Of a stretch of DNA of 60,349 bases, positions 1 to 8,715 are shown one piece after another. The DNA is taken from contig JBDRRP010000121.1 in the NCBI GenBank assembly GCA_043825735.1, positions 62,001 to 122,349 of the forward strand. Reading direction: 5' to 3'. Within the stretch, counting starts at the first letter, position 1; each line of letters opens with the position of its first letter. The position numbers and the translations under genes were made by a program. Below the pieces are notes generated by a model. That model saw only the letters and a list, made by a program, of their open reading frames with translations. It did not search any database and was not told the DNA's origin. The stretch is from Pseudomonadota bacterium (GTDB lineage: Bacteria > Desulfobacterota > Desulfobacteria > Desulfobacterales > JBDRRP01).

Positions 1-1
1 T

Positions 2-700
2 GAGCGTCTGAATCTACCCCCGGGCGTCCGTGTGCTGGACATCGGCTGCGGCAGCGGCCGTCACACCGCCGCCGCCTACGAGCTTCCGGGCTGCCGTGCC
101 GTCGGCGTGGACATAAACCCCGAGGATCTCGAGGCCGCCCGCGGCCGGCTGCGGTTCCACGACAGCGTCGGGGTCCACGGGGGCGGCTTGTGGGCGCTGG
201 CCGCCGCCGACAGCCTGGCCCTGCCCTTTGCCGACGGCGCCTTCGATCTCGTCATCTGCTCGGAGGTGCTCGAGCATATTGCCGACCACCGGCGGGCGCT
301 CACCGAAGCGGTGCGGGTGCTGACGCCCGGCGGACTGTTGGCGGTGAGCGTGCCCCGGTTCTGGCCGGAGGCCCTCTGCTGGCGGCTTTCAGCGACCTAC
401 GCCGGCACCGCCGGCGGCCACATCCGCATCTATACGCACCGAAAACTGCTGTTGCTGCTCGGTGAGACCGGCGTCACCCCTTTCGCCCGCCACTGGGCGC
501 ACGCCCTCCACAGCCCCTACTGGTGGCTCAAATGCCTGGTGGGCCCCCACCGGGAAAACTGCGCGCCGGTCAAGCTCTACCACCGCCTACTCACCTGGGA
601 CATGATGAAAAAACCGGCCATCACCCGATGGACCGAGCGCCTGCTCAACCCGGTGATGGGAAAAAGCCTTGTCGTCTACGGACGGAAACCGGCGCAATAG
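2..700 (+). CDS. class I SAM-dependent methyltransferase (5'-truncated by window edge)
   Basis: Frame is open from base 2 (ERLNLPPGVRVLDIGCGSGRH); SAM motif I VLDIGCGSG, LPFADGAFDLVICSEVLEH, VLTPGG. Confidence 0.85.
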   Translation, partial: ERLNLPPGVRVLDIGCGSGRHTAAAYELPGCRAVGVDINPEDLEAARGRLRFHDSVGVHGGGLWALAAADSLALPFADGAFDLVICSEVLEHIADHRRALTEAVRVLTPGGLLAVSVPRFWPEALCWRLSATYAGTAGGHIRIYTHRKLLLLLGETGVTPFARHWAHALHSPYWWLKCLVGPHRENCAPVKLYHRLLTWDMMKKPAITRWTERLLNPVMGKSLVVYGRKPAQ

Positions 701-799
701 CCCCCCTGCCCCGCCAACAGCCCCGCCCCCCCATGCAATGGCGTCCGCCGCCCCCTGGCGCCTCCGGCAACAGGTTGCCGCACCCTGACGTTTCGGCGC

Positions 800-1612
800 G
801 TGGCCTATAGGGTCGAACTGCCGGCCGTTGACAGCGACACGCCGCCGCCGAGCGTCGAATTCACCGCGGTGCCATCGCAGACGGATCAGCCCGGGGTCGA
901 GGTCTGCTTTCATGCCCAAAGCACCGGCGGCGGGATCGGCGAGGTCCGGCTGTTTCACAACGGCAAGCTGATCGCTTCGGACGGCTATTACAAGGAAATG
1001 GCAAAGACATCGGAGAAGATGCAGCTTGCCGACGAGGCCGCCACCAAGACCAACATCCTGATGAAGATCGCGGAGATCTCCCGGAAGATCAAGCCCTCCG
1101 ACAGCTTCATCTTCTTCGTGGCGGGGCACGGCGTGCTGCTGCAAAACCAGTACTACATGCTGACCCATGATTTCAGCGGCGCGGCGGACGAGCGCAGCAT
1201 GATCAGCTCCAACGAAATCGTGGAGATGTCCAAAGACATCAAATCGCTCAGTCAGCTGTTCATCTTCGACACCTGCCATGCGGGCGGCGTGGACTTCATC
1301 GTGAGCGGGCTCTACGACGCACGGATGTCCGTATTGGCCAAAAAGATGGGCCTTCATATCTACGCGTCGGCCAACGACAAGCAGGCGGCCCTGGACGGCT
1401 ACCAGGGCAACGGCCTCTTCACCCACGCCTTGCTGGACGGGCTCAACAACAACAAAGGGGCCGACAAGAACAAGGATGGCAAGGTCAGTATCGTCGGGCT
1501 GGGAGACTACTCCCAGAAAACAACAACGACCCTGTCCAGAGCGCTTGGCCATGCCCAGACACCGCTGATTATCAATTTCGGAAAGGACAGCCCGATCTAC
1601 CAATTGCGGTGA
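800..1612 (+). pseudogene. caspase/C14-peptidase domain fragment, probably a remnant of a larger multidomain protein
   Basis: Caspase dyad motifs FFVAGHG and LFIFDTCHAG plus GNGLFTHALL; the first caspase strand/helix seems absent (abrupt KMQLA|DEAATK junction); no convincing start or RBS. Confidence 0.55.
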
Positions 1613-1732
1613 GCCTGTCGCCATCGACAGCCTTGGACCGCCCCAGTCGCTCGCGGCGGGGCGGAACCGTCCGGGGGGCGGCATCGGGGGAGTGATCCGG
1701 GCAGGGGCTGGAAACCACCCGGCAATGACGCC

Positions 1733-1832
1733 GTAGGGGCACCCCCGCTGTGGGTGCCCTGCCCTTCGCGTTGCATGCGCCAGGGGAGAAAATCCACGGG
1801 GGCGATGGGCAGGCACGGGGGCCTGCCCCTAC
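1733..1832. repeat. GTAG-type REP doublet between convergent genes
   Basis: GTAGGGGCACCC-ccgctgt-GGGTGCCC at 1733 and inverted GGGCAGGC-acgggg-GCCTGCCCCTAC ending at 1832. Confidence 0.7.
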
Positions 1833-1851
1833 AGAGACGCCGAGGAGAATG

Positions 1852-2505
1852 TCAATAGGCGTACTTCCGGGGAGGGGCCGGCGCGGCGCAGGGTTTGCGC
1901 CGCAGCAGGCGAAGGGATTTGACCTGCCGGTGCACTTCGAAGAGCCCCGAGGCCAGCGCGTACTCGTAGACTTCGAAGGGGGAAAGCCCTCCGTCTTCGG
2001 GCCGCTCGAAAACATCGTGCATGGCCAGCAGTCCGCCGCCCATCACGTGGCCGGCCCAGGCGTTGTAGTCGTTCCAGACCGTCTCGAACGCGTGACCGCC
2101 GTCGATGAAGACCATGGCCAGCGGGGTGGCCCAGGCCCGGGCCGCCACCGTCGATGGGCACACCATCGGCACCACCGTGTCTTCCAGAGAAAATGCGCGC
2201 AGGGTGCGTCTGAAATGGCTGAAAGTGTCGACAGTCCCGGTGGCCGCATCGATAAGATCGAGGTCGCAATAGGCCTGGCCGGGCTGCTGCTCTTCCGAGC
2301 CGCCATGGTGGTCGATGGAAAACAGGACGGCGCCGTTTTCACGGCATGCCGAACCGATATAGACCGCCGACTTGCCGCAGTAGCTGCCGATTTCAAGGCA
2401 GGGGCCGCGCCGGCTCGCCTCCAGGGCGGCGGCGTAGAGCGCGGTGCCCTCCTCGGGATCCATGAATCCTTTGATGGCCTCAATGCGTTTTGAATCAGGC
2501 AGCAC
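1852..2505 (-). CDS. class I SAM-dependent methyltransferase (Methyltransf_24-like)
   Basis: LEIGSYCGKS, FSIDHH, MVFIDGGH, LAMHD motifs; GTG start at 2505 preceded by AAGGAG. Confidence 0.85.
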   Translation of the reverse strand: MLPDSKRIEAIKGFMDPEEGTALYAAALEASRRGPCLEIGSYCGKSAVYIGSACRENGAVLFSIDHHGGSEEQQPGQAYCDLDLIDAATGTVDTFSHFRRTLRAFSLEDTVVPMVCPSTVAARAWATPLAMVFIDGGHAFETVWNDYNAWAGHVMGGGLLAMHDVFERPEDGGLSPFEVYEYALASGLFEVHRQVKSLRLLRRKPCAAPAPPRKYAY

Positions 2506-2683
2506 GCGTACTCCTTTGCTCCGGGGCCCGTGGCCCGGATGGTTTCTTTCACGCTTCTGACGCACCAAAGGACCAAAAGGACCTAAGGGACCTAAAAAGA
2601 GCCTTGCATATAAGGTTGAAGGCTCGAGGATTTCAAACAGTGCGAGTATGCCGCCAAAGCCGGAAGATGCCCCATTATGGCAC

Positions 2684-2829
2684 AGTGCCCGTGCAGAAGG
2701 GGTAGATTCCGGTCCCTGGCAAGGCCCGAGCACTTTTGTCGCCGCAGGCGTGGCGGAGCCACGTTGAGGACGGCAAAAGGTGCGAGAACGCCGCCAGGGG
2801 CCGGAAGATGCCCCTTCTGCGCGGGCACT
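2684..2829 (+). repeat. structured palindromic repeat (copy A of the family also at 43.3 and 43.7 kb); partial second copy at ~2625-2683
   Basis: Terminal inverted repeats AGTGCCCGTGCAGAAGGGG / CCCCTTCTGCGCGGGCACT; shared internal motifs GGTAGAT, CAAGGC, GAGGA, ACGCCGC, AGATGCC. Confidence 0.75.
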
Positions 2830-5008
2830 AGGGGATGTCGTCGTAGGTGCGGGCTAACACCTCCCGCGGCTTTGCCCCGTCGGAGGGCCCCACAAGGCCT
2901 TCCTTCTCCATGACTTCGATGATCCGGGCCGCCCGGTTGTAGCCGATCCGTAGATGCCGTTGGACCATGGAGATGGAGGCCTGGCCGGTCTTGGTGACCA
3001 GCGCGACGGCATCGTCGTAGCGCTCGTCGTATTCCGTCTCGCCGTTTTCCTCGGCCAGCTTTTCCGGCGCCGTGACCACGGTCTCGTCATATTCGGGGGG
3101 TTTTTGCTTCTTGAGAAACTCGGTGACCAGGGTCAATTCGGTTTCTGAAATATAGGCCCCGTGAACTCGCTGCAACTTACCCGTTCCCGGCGGCATCAGG
3201 AGCATATCGCCGTTGCCCAGTAAATTTTCAGCACCGTTGGCATCGATAATGGTGCGGCTGTCGGTCTTTGAAGAGACCTGAAAGGTAAGCCGCGTGGGGA
3301 AATTGGCCTTGATGATGCCGGTGAGGACATCCACCGACGGCCGCTGGGTGGCCAGAATCAAATGAATTCCCGAAGCCCGCGCCATCTGGGCCAGTCGCGT
3401 CAGCGCCACTTCCACGTCCCGGGAGGCCACCATCATCAAGTCGGCCAACTCGTCGATGATGATGACGATCAGGGGCAATTTCTCGAGCGGCGGCGCTTCT
3501 TCCTCACCATCCTCTCCCGAAGGCGCTTTTGCTGGCAGCTTGGCGATCTTCTGGTTGTACTGCTTGAGATTGCGCACTTTCTGCTCGCTGAGCAGTTCGT
3601 ATCGGCGTTCCATCTCGCGGACCGCCCAGAAAAGGGCATGGGTGGCCTTTTTCACATCCGTCACCACCGGTGTGATGAGATGGGGGATGCCGTCGTACAT
3701 GGACAGCTCGATGCGCTTAGGATCCACCATGATGAGCTTCACGTCATCCGGGGTCAGCCGGTAGAGAAGACTGCAGATCATGGCATTAAGACCCACACTC
3801 TTTCCCGTGCCGGTGGCGCCCGCGATGAGCAGGTGCGGCATCTGATCGAGCCCCACCACGACCGGATTGCCCACGATGTCTTTGCCCAGGCACAAGGGCA
3901 AGGCCGCCTTGGACCGGTCGAACTCCGGTGAGGCGACCATCTCTTTGAACCGTACGACTTCCCGGTTGGTATTCGGAATTTCGATGCCCACGACGGCCTT
4001 GCCGGGGATGGGCGCCACAATGCGGATACTGATGGCTCTGAGCGCCAGGGCCAGATCGTCGGTGAGATTGACGATGCGGTTGATCTTCACTCCCGGCGCC
4101 GGTTCGTACTCGAAGGTGGTGATCACCGGGCCGGGCGAGACGGCCACGACTTTTCCCTTAACGCCGAAATCGTCGAGCTTTTTTTCCAGAAGCCGCGATT
4201 GCATCCGCAGGTTTTCCTCATCCATCGACTCGCCGCGCGGCTCGGGATCATCCAGAAAACTCACTGACGGCAGCTGAAAGCCGCTGCCTTCCCGCATGAA
4301 TTCAAATACGTCCTGTTTGGGGGCGGGCGCCGGCTTGACCACCTGCTTTTTGGCGGCTTTGATGGTCACCGGAGCAGGCGTCACCGTCGCCATTTGCTTT
4401 TGGCTCTCCACACGCTTTCGCGCCTTGCGCCGGCGCTCCTGGATTTTGATGATCAGGGTTTTGACCCGATCGGAGAAAAACTGCAGGGCAAGCCAGAAGC
4501 TTCGACCGGTGCGGACAAGGGAAAACCTGGTAGCCAAGATGAGCCCGACGGTAAAGGCAACGGAAAGGATGATAGCGGTGCCGGTTGGGTTGGAATACCT
4601 GGCGAGAAACGACGCCAAGGGGATCCCCACCATCCCGCCGGAAGAAAACCGGCTGCCGAACAAAAGGTATTCGCTCTCCTTGCCGGCAGCGAAACTGAAC
4701 AGCCCCCCCGTGGTCACAATTAGCACGGTTCCACCGACGGCGGTGAGAATGATGTCCCTGCGGGAATGCTCACCGAAGAATTGAACGCTGATGAGCAGCA
4801 GCAAGAGCGGAATCCAAAAGGCACCCAGGCCAAACATTCCGATGAAAAAACCGGAGACATGGGCGCCCACCACTCCGAACTGGTTGTGGATGGCGCCCCT
4901 GGCCGCGGCATGGTGGATAGATGGGTCGGCCGGGCTGTAAGTGAGCAGGCTGATGAGTGAAAACACCACAAGGAAAAACAGCAGCAGCCCTATTATCTCT
5001 TTTCTCAT
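2828..5008 (-). CDS. ftsK: DNA translocase FtsK/SpoIIIE
   Basis: N-terminal TM domain, PHLLIAGATGTGKS Walker A, IIIDELADLMM, ATQRPSVDV, C-terminal gamma domain (SISMVQRHLRIGYNRAARI). Confidence 0.97.
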   Translation of the reverse strand: MRKEIIGLLLFFLVVFSLISLLTYSPADPSIHHAAARGAIHNQFGVVGAHVSGFFIGMFGLGAFWIPLLLLLISVQFFGEHSRRDIILTAVGGTVLIVTTGGLFSFAAGKESEYLLFGSRFSSGGMVGIPLASFLARYSNPTGTAIILSVAFTVGLILATRFSLVRTGRSFWLALQFFSDRVKTLIIKIQERRRKARKRVESQKQMATVTPAPVTIKAAKKQVVKPAPAPKQDVFEFMREGSGFQLPSVSFLDDPEPRGESMDEENLRMQSRLLEKKLDDFGVKGKVVAVSPGPVITTFEYEPAPGVKINRIVNLTDDLALALRAISIRIVAPIPGKAVVGIEIPNTNREVVRFKEMVASPEFDRSKAALPLCLGKDIVGNPVVVGLDQMPHLLIAGATGTGKSVGLNAMICSLLYRLTPDDVKLIMVDPKRIELSMYDGIPHLITPVVTDVKKATHALFWAVREMERRYELLSEQKVRNLKQYNQKIAKLPAKAPSGEDGEEEAPPLEKLPLIVIIIDELADLMMVASRDVEVALTRLAQMARASGIHLILATQRPSVDVLTGIIKANFPTRLTFQVSSKTDSRTIIDANGAENLLGNGDMLLMPPGTGKLQRVHGAYISETELTLVTEFLKKQKPPEYDETVVTAPEKLAEENGETEYDERYDDAVALVTKTGQASISMVQRHLRIGYNRAARIIEVMEKEGLVGPSDGAKPREVLARTYDDIP

Positions 5009-5076
5009 GGGGTAACGGCGTCGGTTGAGTGTCTTCCGGATGCACCCGGCAGATGCTTCGTGATTGGCATCAAAGC

Positions 5077-6726
5077 TCAGATTTCAAGTATAAACGGCAA
5101 TATAACCGGGCGCCGGCTGATGGTAAAGGAAAAATATTTCCGCAGCGCAGACTTCATACGCTCCCGGATTTTTTCGGTTCGGCCGGGCGTTTCCGGCGGA
5201 ATTTCATCGACGATCTCAAGAATCACGCACTTGGCATCTTCCAGCAGGTGTCCGGTGATGTTTTCAAACACGAAGCCCCGGGACACGATTTCGGGGCCGT
5301 AGATGATGATGCCCGTTTCCTCGTCGAAGGCCATGTTGACCACCACCAGGCCATCTTCGGACAGCACGCGCCGCTCCTTGAGCACGCTGCGGCCCACATC
5401 GCCGATCCCCTTGCCGTCGATGAGCACCCGGCCGGTTTCCACGGTATCCTGAATGCGGCCGCCCTGCTTGTCAAAACAAATCACTTGGCCGTTTTCAGCC
5501 AGCAGCACCCGGCCGGGCGGCACCCCCACGCCCTCGGCCAACCGCCCGTGGAGCATGAGATGGCGGTATTCCCCGTGGATGGGTATGAAAAATTTCGGCC
5601 GGGTCAGGCTGATCATCAGCTTGAGTTCTTCTCTGAAGGCATGACCCGACACGTGGATGCCTGAAATTTTTTCGTAAACCACGTTGGCACCGCGGCGGTA
5701 GAGATTGTTGATGATGCCGGTAATGGCCCGTTCATTGCCCGGAATGAATTTGGAAGACAGTACCACGGTATCGCCGGTCTTGATGGCAATGAACTTGTGG
5801 TTGCCAGTGGCCATCCGTGCCAGTGCGGCCATGGGCTCTCCCTGGCTTCCCGTGGTGAGCATCAGCAGTTCGTCATCCGGAAAATCGTTGATCTGGTGGA
5901 TATCGATCTCCATCCCCTCAGGGATGCGCAGATACCCCAGCGACACGGCCAGACCGATGCTGTTTTCGATGCTGCGGCCGTTGACGATCAGCTTCCGGTT
6001 CTGCGCGGCGCAGATGTTGATCACCTGCTGAATACGGGTGATGCTGGAGGCAAACAGGGCGACGATAATCCTGCCGGGACTTTGAATGGCAATCTTGTGG
6101 ATGGCATCGCCCACTTCCTGGTCCGATATGGTGTAGCCTTCCTTTTCCACATTGGTGGAATCTGACAGCAGTGCCAAAACCCCCTTCTGCCCGCACTGAG
6201 CAAAGCGCCCCACATCCGTCACCAGTCCATCCATGGCGTTGTGACCGATCTTGAAATCGCCGGTATGCACCACCAGCCCCATGGGGGTCTGGATCGCCAG
6301 GCCGATACCGTCCACCACGCTGTGGCTGACGCGGATGAACTCCAGCTCGAAGACGCCCAGCTTGAGAGACTCCCCGGGGTGGATTTCGTGGAGTCCGACC
6401 GGATTGATGGATGGATGCTCGGCCAAGCGATGTTGGACCATCCCAAGGGTGAAGGGGGTGCCGAAGACCGGAACATTCAAATCCTTCAGCAGGTAGGGCA
6501 GCGCACCGATGTGATCCTCGTGCGCATGGGTGAGCACGATGGCGGCCACCTTGTTGCGCTGCTTCTTGAGGTAGCTCATGTCGGGGATGACGTAATCGAT
6601 GCCGAGCATATGCCCTTCCGGAAACATGAGTCCGGCATCGACCACAAAGATAGTATCTTCGTATTCGAAGACCATCATGTTGAGACCGATCTCTCCCAGC
6701 CCACCCAGAGGAATGATTCGCAGCAT
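5077..6726 (-). CDS. rnj: ribonuclease J
   Basis: IIPLGGLGEIG, THAHEDHIG metallo-beta-lactamase motif, TGSQGEP, IHVSGHA, PIHGE. Confidence 0.96.
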   Translation of the reverse strand: MLRIIPLGGLGEIGLNMMVFEYEDTIFVVDAGLMFPEGHMLGIDYVIPDMSYLKKQRNKVAAIVLTHAHEDHIGALPYLLKDLNVPVFGTPFTLGMVQHRLAEHPSINPVGLHEIHPGESLKLGVFELEFIRVSHSVVDGIGLAIQTPMGLVVHTGDFKIGHNAMDGLVTDVGRFAQCGQKGVLALLSDSTNVEKEGYTISDQEVGDAIHKIAIQSPGRIIVALFASSITRIQQVINICAAQNRKLIVNGRSIENSIGLAVSLGYLRIPEGMEIDIHQINDFPDDELLMLTTGSQGEPMAALARMATGNHKFIAIKTGDTVVLSSKFIPGNERAITGIINNLYRRGANVVYEKISGIHVSGHAFREELKLMISLTRPKFFIPIHGEYRHLMLHGRLAEGVGVPPGRVLLAENGQVICFDKQGGRIQDTVETGRVLIDGKGIGDVGRSVLKERRVLSEDGLVVVNMAFDEETGIIIYGPEIVSRGFVFENITGHLLEDAKCVILEIVDEIPPETPGRTEKIRERMKSALRKYFSFTISRRPVILPFILEI

Positions 6727-6815
6727 CTTTAAAGTATCCTTCGCCGATATCGTCAGGCTTTACGCCGGCCTTGAAGTATCGTGAGATCCTCGGAAATCCA
6801 GCCGGCGCTCGGCCA

Positions 6816-7148
6816 TTATGCGTTGATTTCCAGTTTTTCCAGGATGGCGTCAATGACACCGATCACCCAGAGGCACTGCTCCGGGTCGGCATACTGAATA
6901 CACTCGCAGCGGATGCGCTTCTCCGAGCGGACCAGCAGCTCACACACCAAGCGATGTGCCTCCAGTTCAACGGCGAAATAAAAGGCGCCGCAGTCCGGGT
7001 GGGCCAGCTGGGCGCTGCTCAGGTGCTCGGTATCCAGAAAAAGCCAATAGATACCCGCCACCGTGGGGCGATGAAGGTGCGCCTCCAGATACGGTTTCAG
7101 TTTGCCGATGTCGTCGCGGTTGAGTTCATCAATGACGTAGTGCTTCAT
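6816..7148 (-). CDS. hypothetical protein with H-x2-C and CxC motifs
   Basis: 110-aa ORF co-oriented with ferredoxin and rnj; protein-like composition. Confidence 0.75.
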   Translation of the reverse strand: MKHYVIDELNRDDIGKLKPYLEAHLHRPTVAGIYWLFLDTEHLSSAQLAHPDCGAFYFAVELEAHRLVCELLVRSEKRIRCECIQYADPEQCLWVIGVIDAILEKLEINA

Positions 7149-7301
7149 AAAAGAGACATATACTCGAAGACGCCCAAAAAATCCAGATCACAGACCGGGG
7201 CAAAATGCCCGCTGTAACCGCCGCGGGCCCATGGAGTGAAGGAGGCGGTGAGGCAGGAAAACAAGGGGTGCGCCGCCGCACCCGACGCCCGCTTCTCGCT
7301 G

Positions 7302-7339
7302 AAACGAAAACCCCGGTTCGCTTCGTGGGCGAACCGGGG
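7302..7339 (-). terminator. rho-independent terminator after ferredoxin
   Basis: Minus strand CCCCGGTTCG-cccacgaag-CGAACCGGGG followed by TTTTCGTTT, just downstream of the ferredoxin stop. Confidence 0.75.
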
Positions 7340-7365
7340 GATCATCTGCAGCGATCTGCGAAATT

Positions 7366-7554
7366 CTAGGTTTCTTCGATTGTGATGGCGCCGGGCTCGC
7401 ACACTTCGACGCAGCTTTCACAACCGAGGCATTCTTCTGCATTCACTGGAGAAGACTTGCCGTCCACGATTTCAAATACTTCTACTGGACATACATCCAC
7501 ACACTCTTCGCAGCCTTCGCATTTCTCTTCATCAACGATCGGATTAAAAGCCAT
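7366..7554 (-). CDS. 2[4Fe-4S] ferredoxin
   Basis: CEGCEECVDVCP and CLGCESCVEVCE motifs, 62 aa, acidic, AAAGGAG RBS. Confidence 0.95.
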   Translation of the reverse strand: MAFNPIVDEEKCEGCEECVDVCPVEVFEIVDGKSSPVNAEECLGCESCVEVCEPGAITIEET

Positions 7555-7722
7555 TCCTCAGTCTCCTTTCAAAGTGTTTATTCTTTCACGGGCGGGGCTC
7601 CCGTTACAGCCAATGACGCAAAAGTCCATATATCAATTGAATGGGTGAGTCAAGCATTCATGCGGTTTTTTCAAAGCCCCCCGATATACATTATGATCAC
7701 ATTTAACTAATTATATTTATTG

Positions 7723-8715
7723 TTATTTTTCATACCACCGCACGATCACCAGATGGCGTTTCGCATCGCCGGCACCGCCCGGTGCCGGCGCGCCGGAACC
7801 ATGCAGCAAACGCTCTGCCGCCGCTCGGGGAGAAACTCCGGGAATCTGCAATAAGACCATCGCCGGTGAAGGCCCCACCGTATCTCCGACTGGCAGATTT
7901 CCGATGCCGTCCAGGCTGTCACCGGTCCGGGTGCCGGCTTCCCTGAGAAGATCATCGAGCTTTCCGGCAAATCCATCGGAGCTAAGGGCACCGCGCGGTA
8001 TCACCCCGATCTCCCGGATCTCGCCAAATACTTCCCGCATCCACGACACCACCGCATCACTGAACGTGACCCACACCCCGGGGACGTGGGTATCGTCGAG
8101 CACCAACCGGCACCATGCCGATATCCACTGCGATGTCATGTGAGCACAGGGATCGATGTCCTGAACCGGGCTGGGCATCCGGGGGAACAGCGCCAGTTCC
8201 GATGGATCCCCGTGAAGCTGCTCAAAGAGCGCGCGCTCGTTTTCAGTGTGCCCGGCCATCGCCGCCTGCAAATCGGCCGTCTCGGTCGCCAATGTCTCTG
8301 CCGCGAGCAGGAAAAGCTGTGCCATGTGCCGGCTGTCATCGATACTTTCCGCGCCGCCGCCGTCTTTTATGGAAAGGATCTGCTCCCGCAGGCGCGCCAC
8401 CGAAGACGCGTCAACCAACGGAGGGATGCCCCGCTGCAGATGCCGAACCCGCATTTCCGTGCCGCGGCAGTCTTCGATCCACTGCCGATAATCGGAAACC
8501 AGCTGCCTGAGGTTGACCCCATCATCGGTCGTGGGCCAGGATATGGCAAGCCGCCGCGCATCCCGCGCGCTGATAAGGTGAGATGGCAGATCGTCGTCGC
8601 TGGCGCACTTGAGGTGGACTTGCTCGAAAACCGCCAAAAGATCGCTTAGGCTTTTTTGCCCGACGCGGGTATGTGGAAAAAGAATCGGCGCCATTGGTGT
8701 GTTTACCATGATCAA
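7723..8715 (-). CDS. hypothetical protein
   Basis: 330-aa ORF overlapping the stop of the upstream fusion gene; no recognisable motif; exact start uncertain. Confidence 0.7.
   Translation of the reverse strand: MIMVNTPMAPILFPHTRVGQKSLSDLLAVFEQVHLKCASDDDLPSHLISARDARRLAISWPTTDDGVNLRQLVSDYRQWIEDCRGTEMRVRHLQRGIPPLVDASSVARLREQILSIKDGGGAESIDDSRHMAQLFLLAAETLATETADLQAAMAGHTENERALFEQLHGDPSELALFPRMPSPVQDIDPCAHMTSQWISAWCRLVLDDTHVPGVWVTFSDAVVSWMREVFGEIREIGVIPRGALSSDGFAGKLDDLLREAGTRTGDSLDGIGNLPVGDTVGPSPAMVLLQIPGVSPRAAAERLLHGSGAPAPGGAGDAKRHLVIVRWYEK

Noticed and set aside
587..1816. 409-aa minus-strand ORF
   Set aside because: Antisense shadow of the caspase-like ORF; no motifs; typical of high-GC DNA.
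2566..2597. Short 9-bp tandem units (AAGGACCAA/AAGGACCTA)
   Set aside because: Only about three degenerate units, probably a repeat half; no spacers, so not CRISPR.
2506..2733. N-terminal extension of the Methyltransf_24 ORF
   Set aside because: Runs through repeat DNA; a good RBS and GTG lie at 2505.
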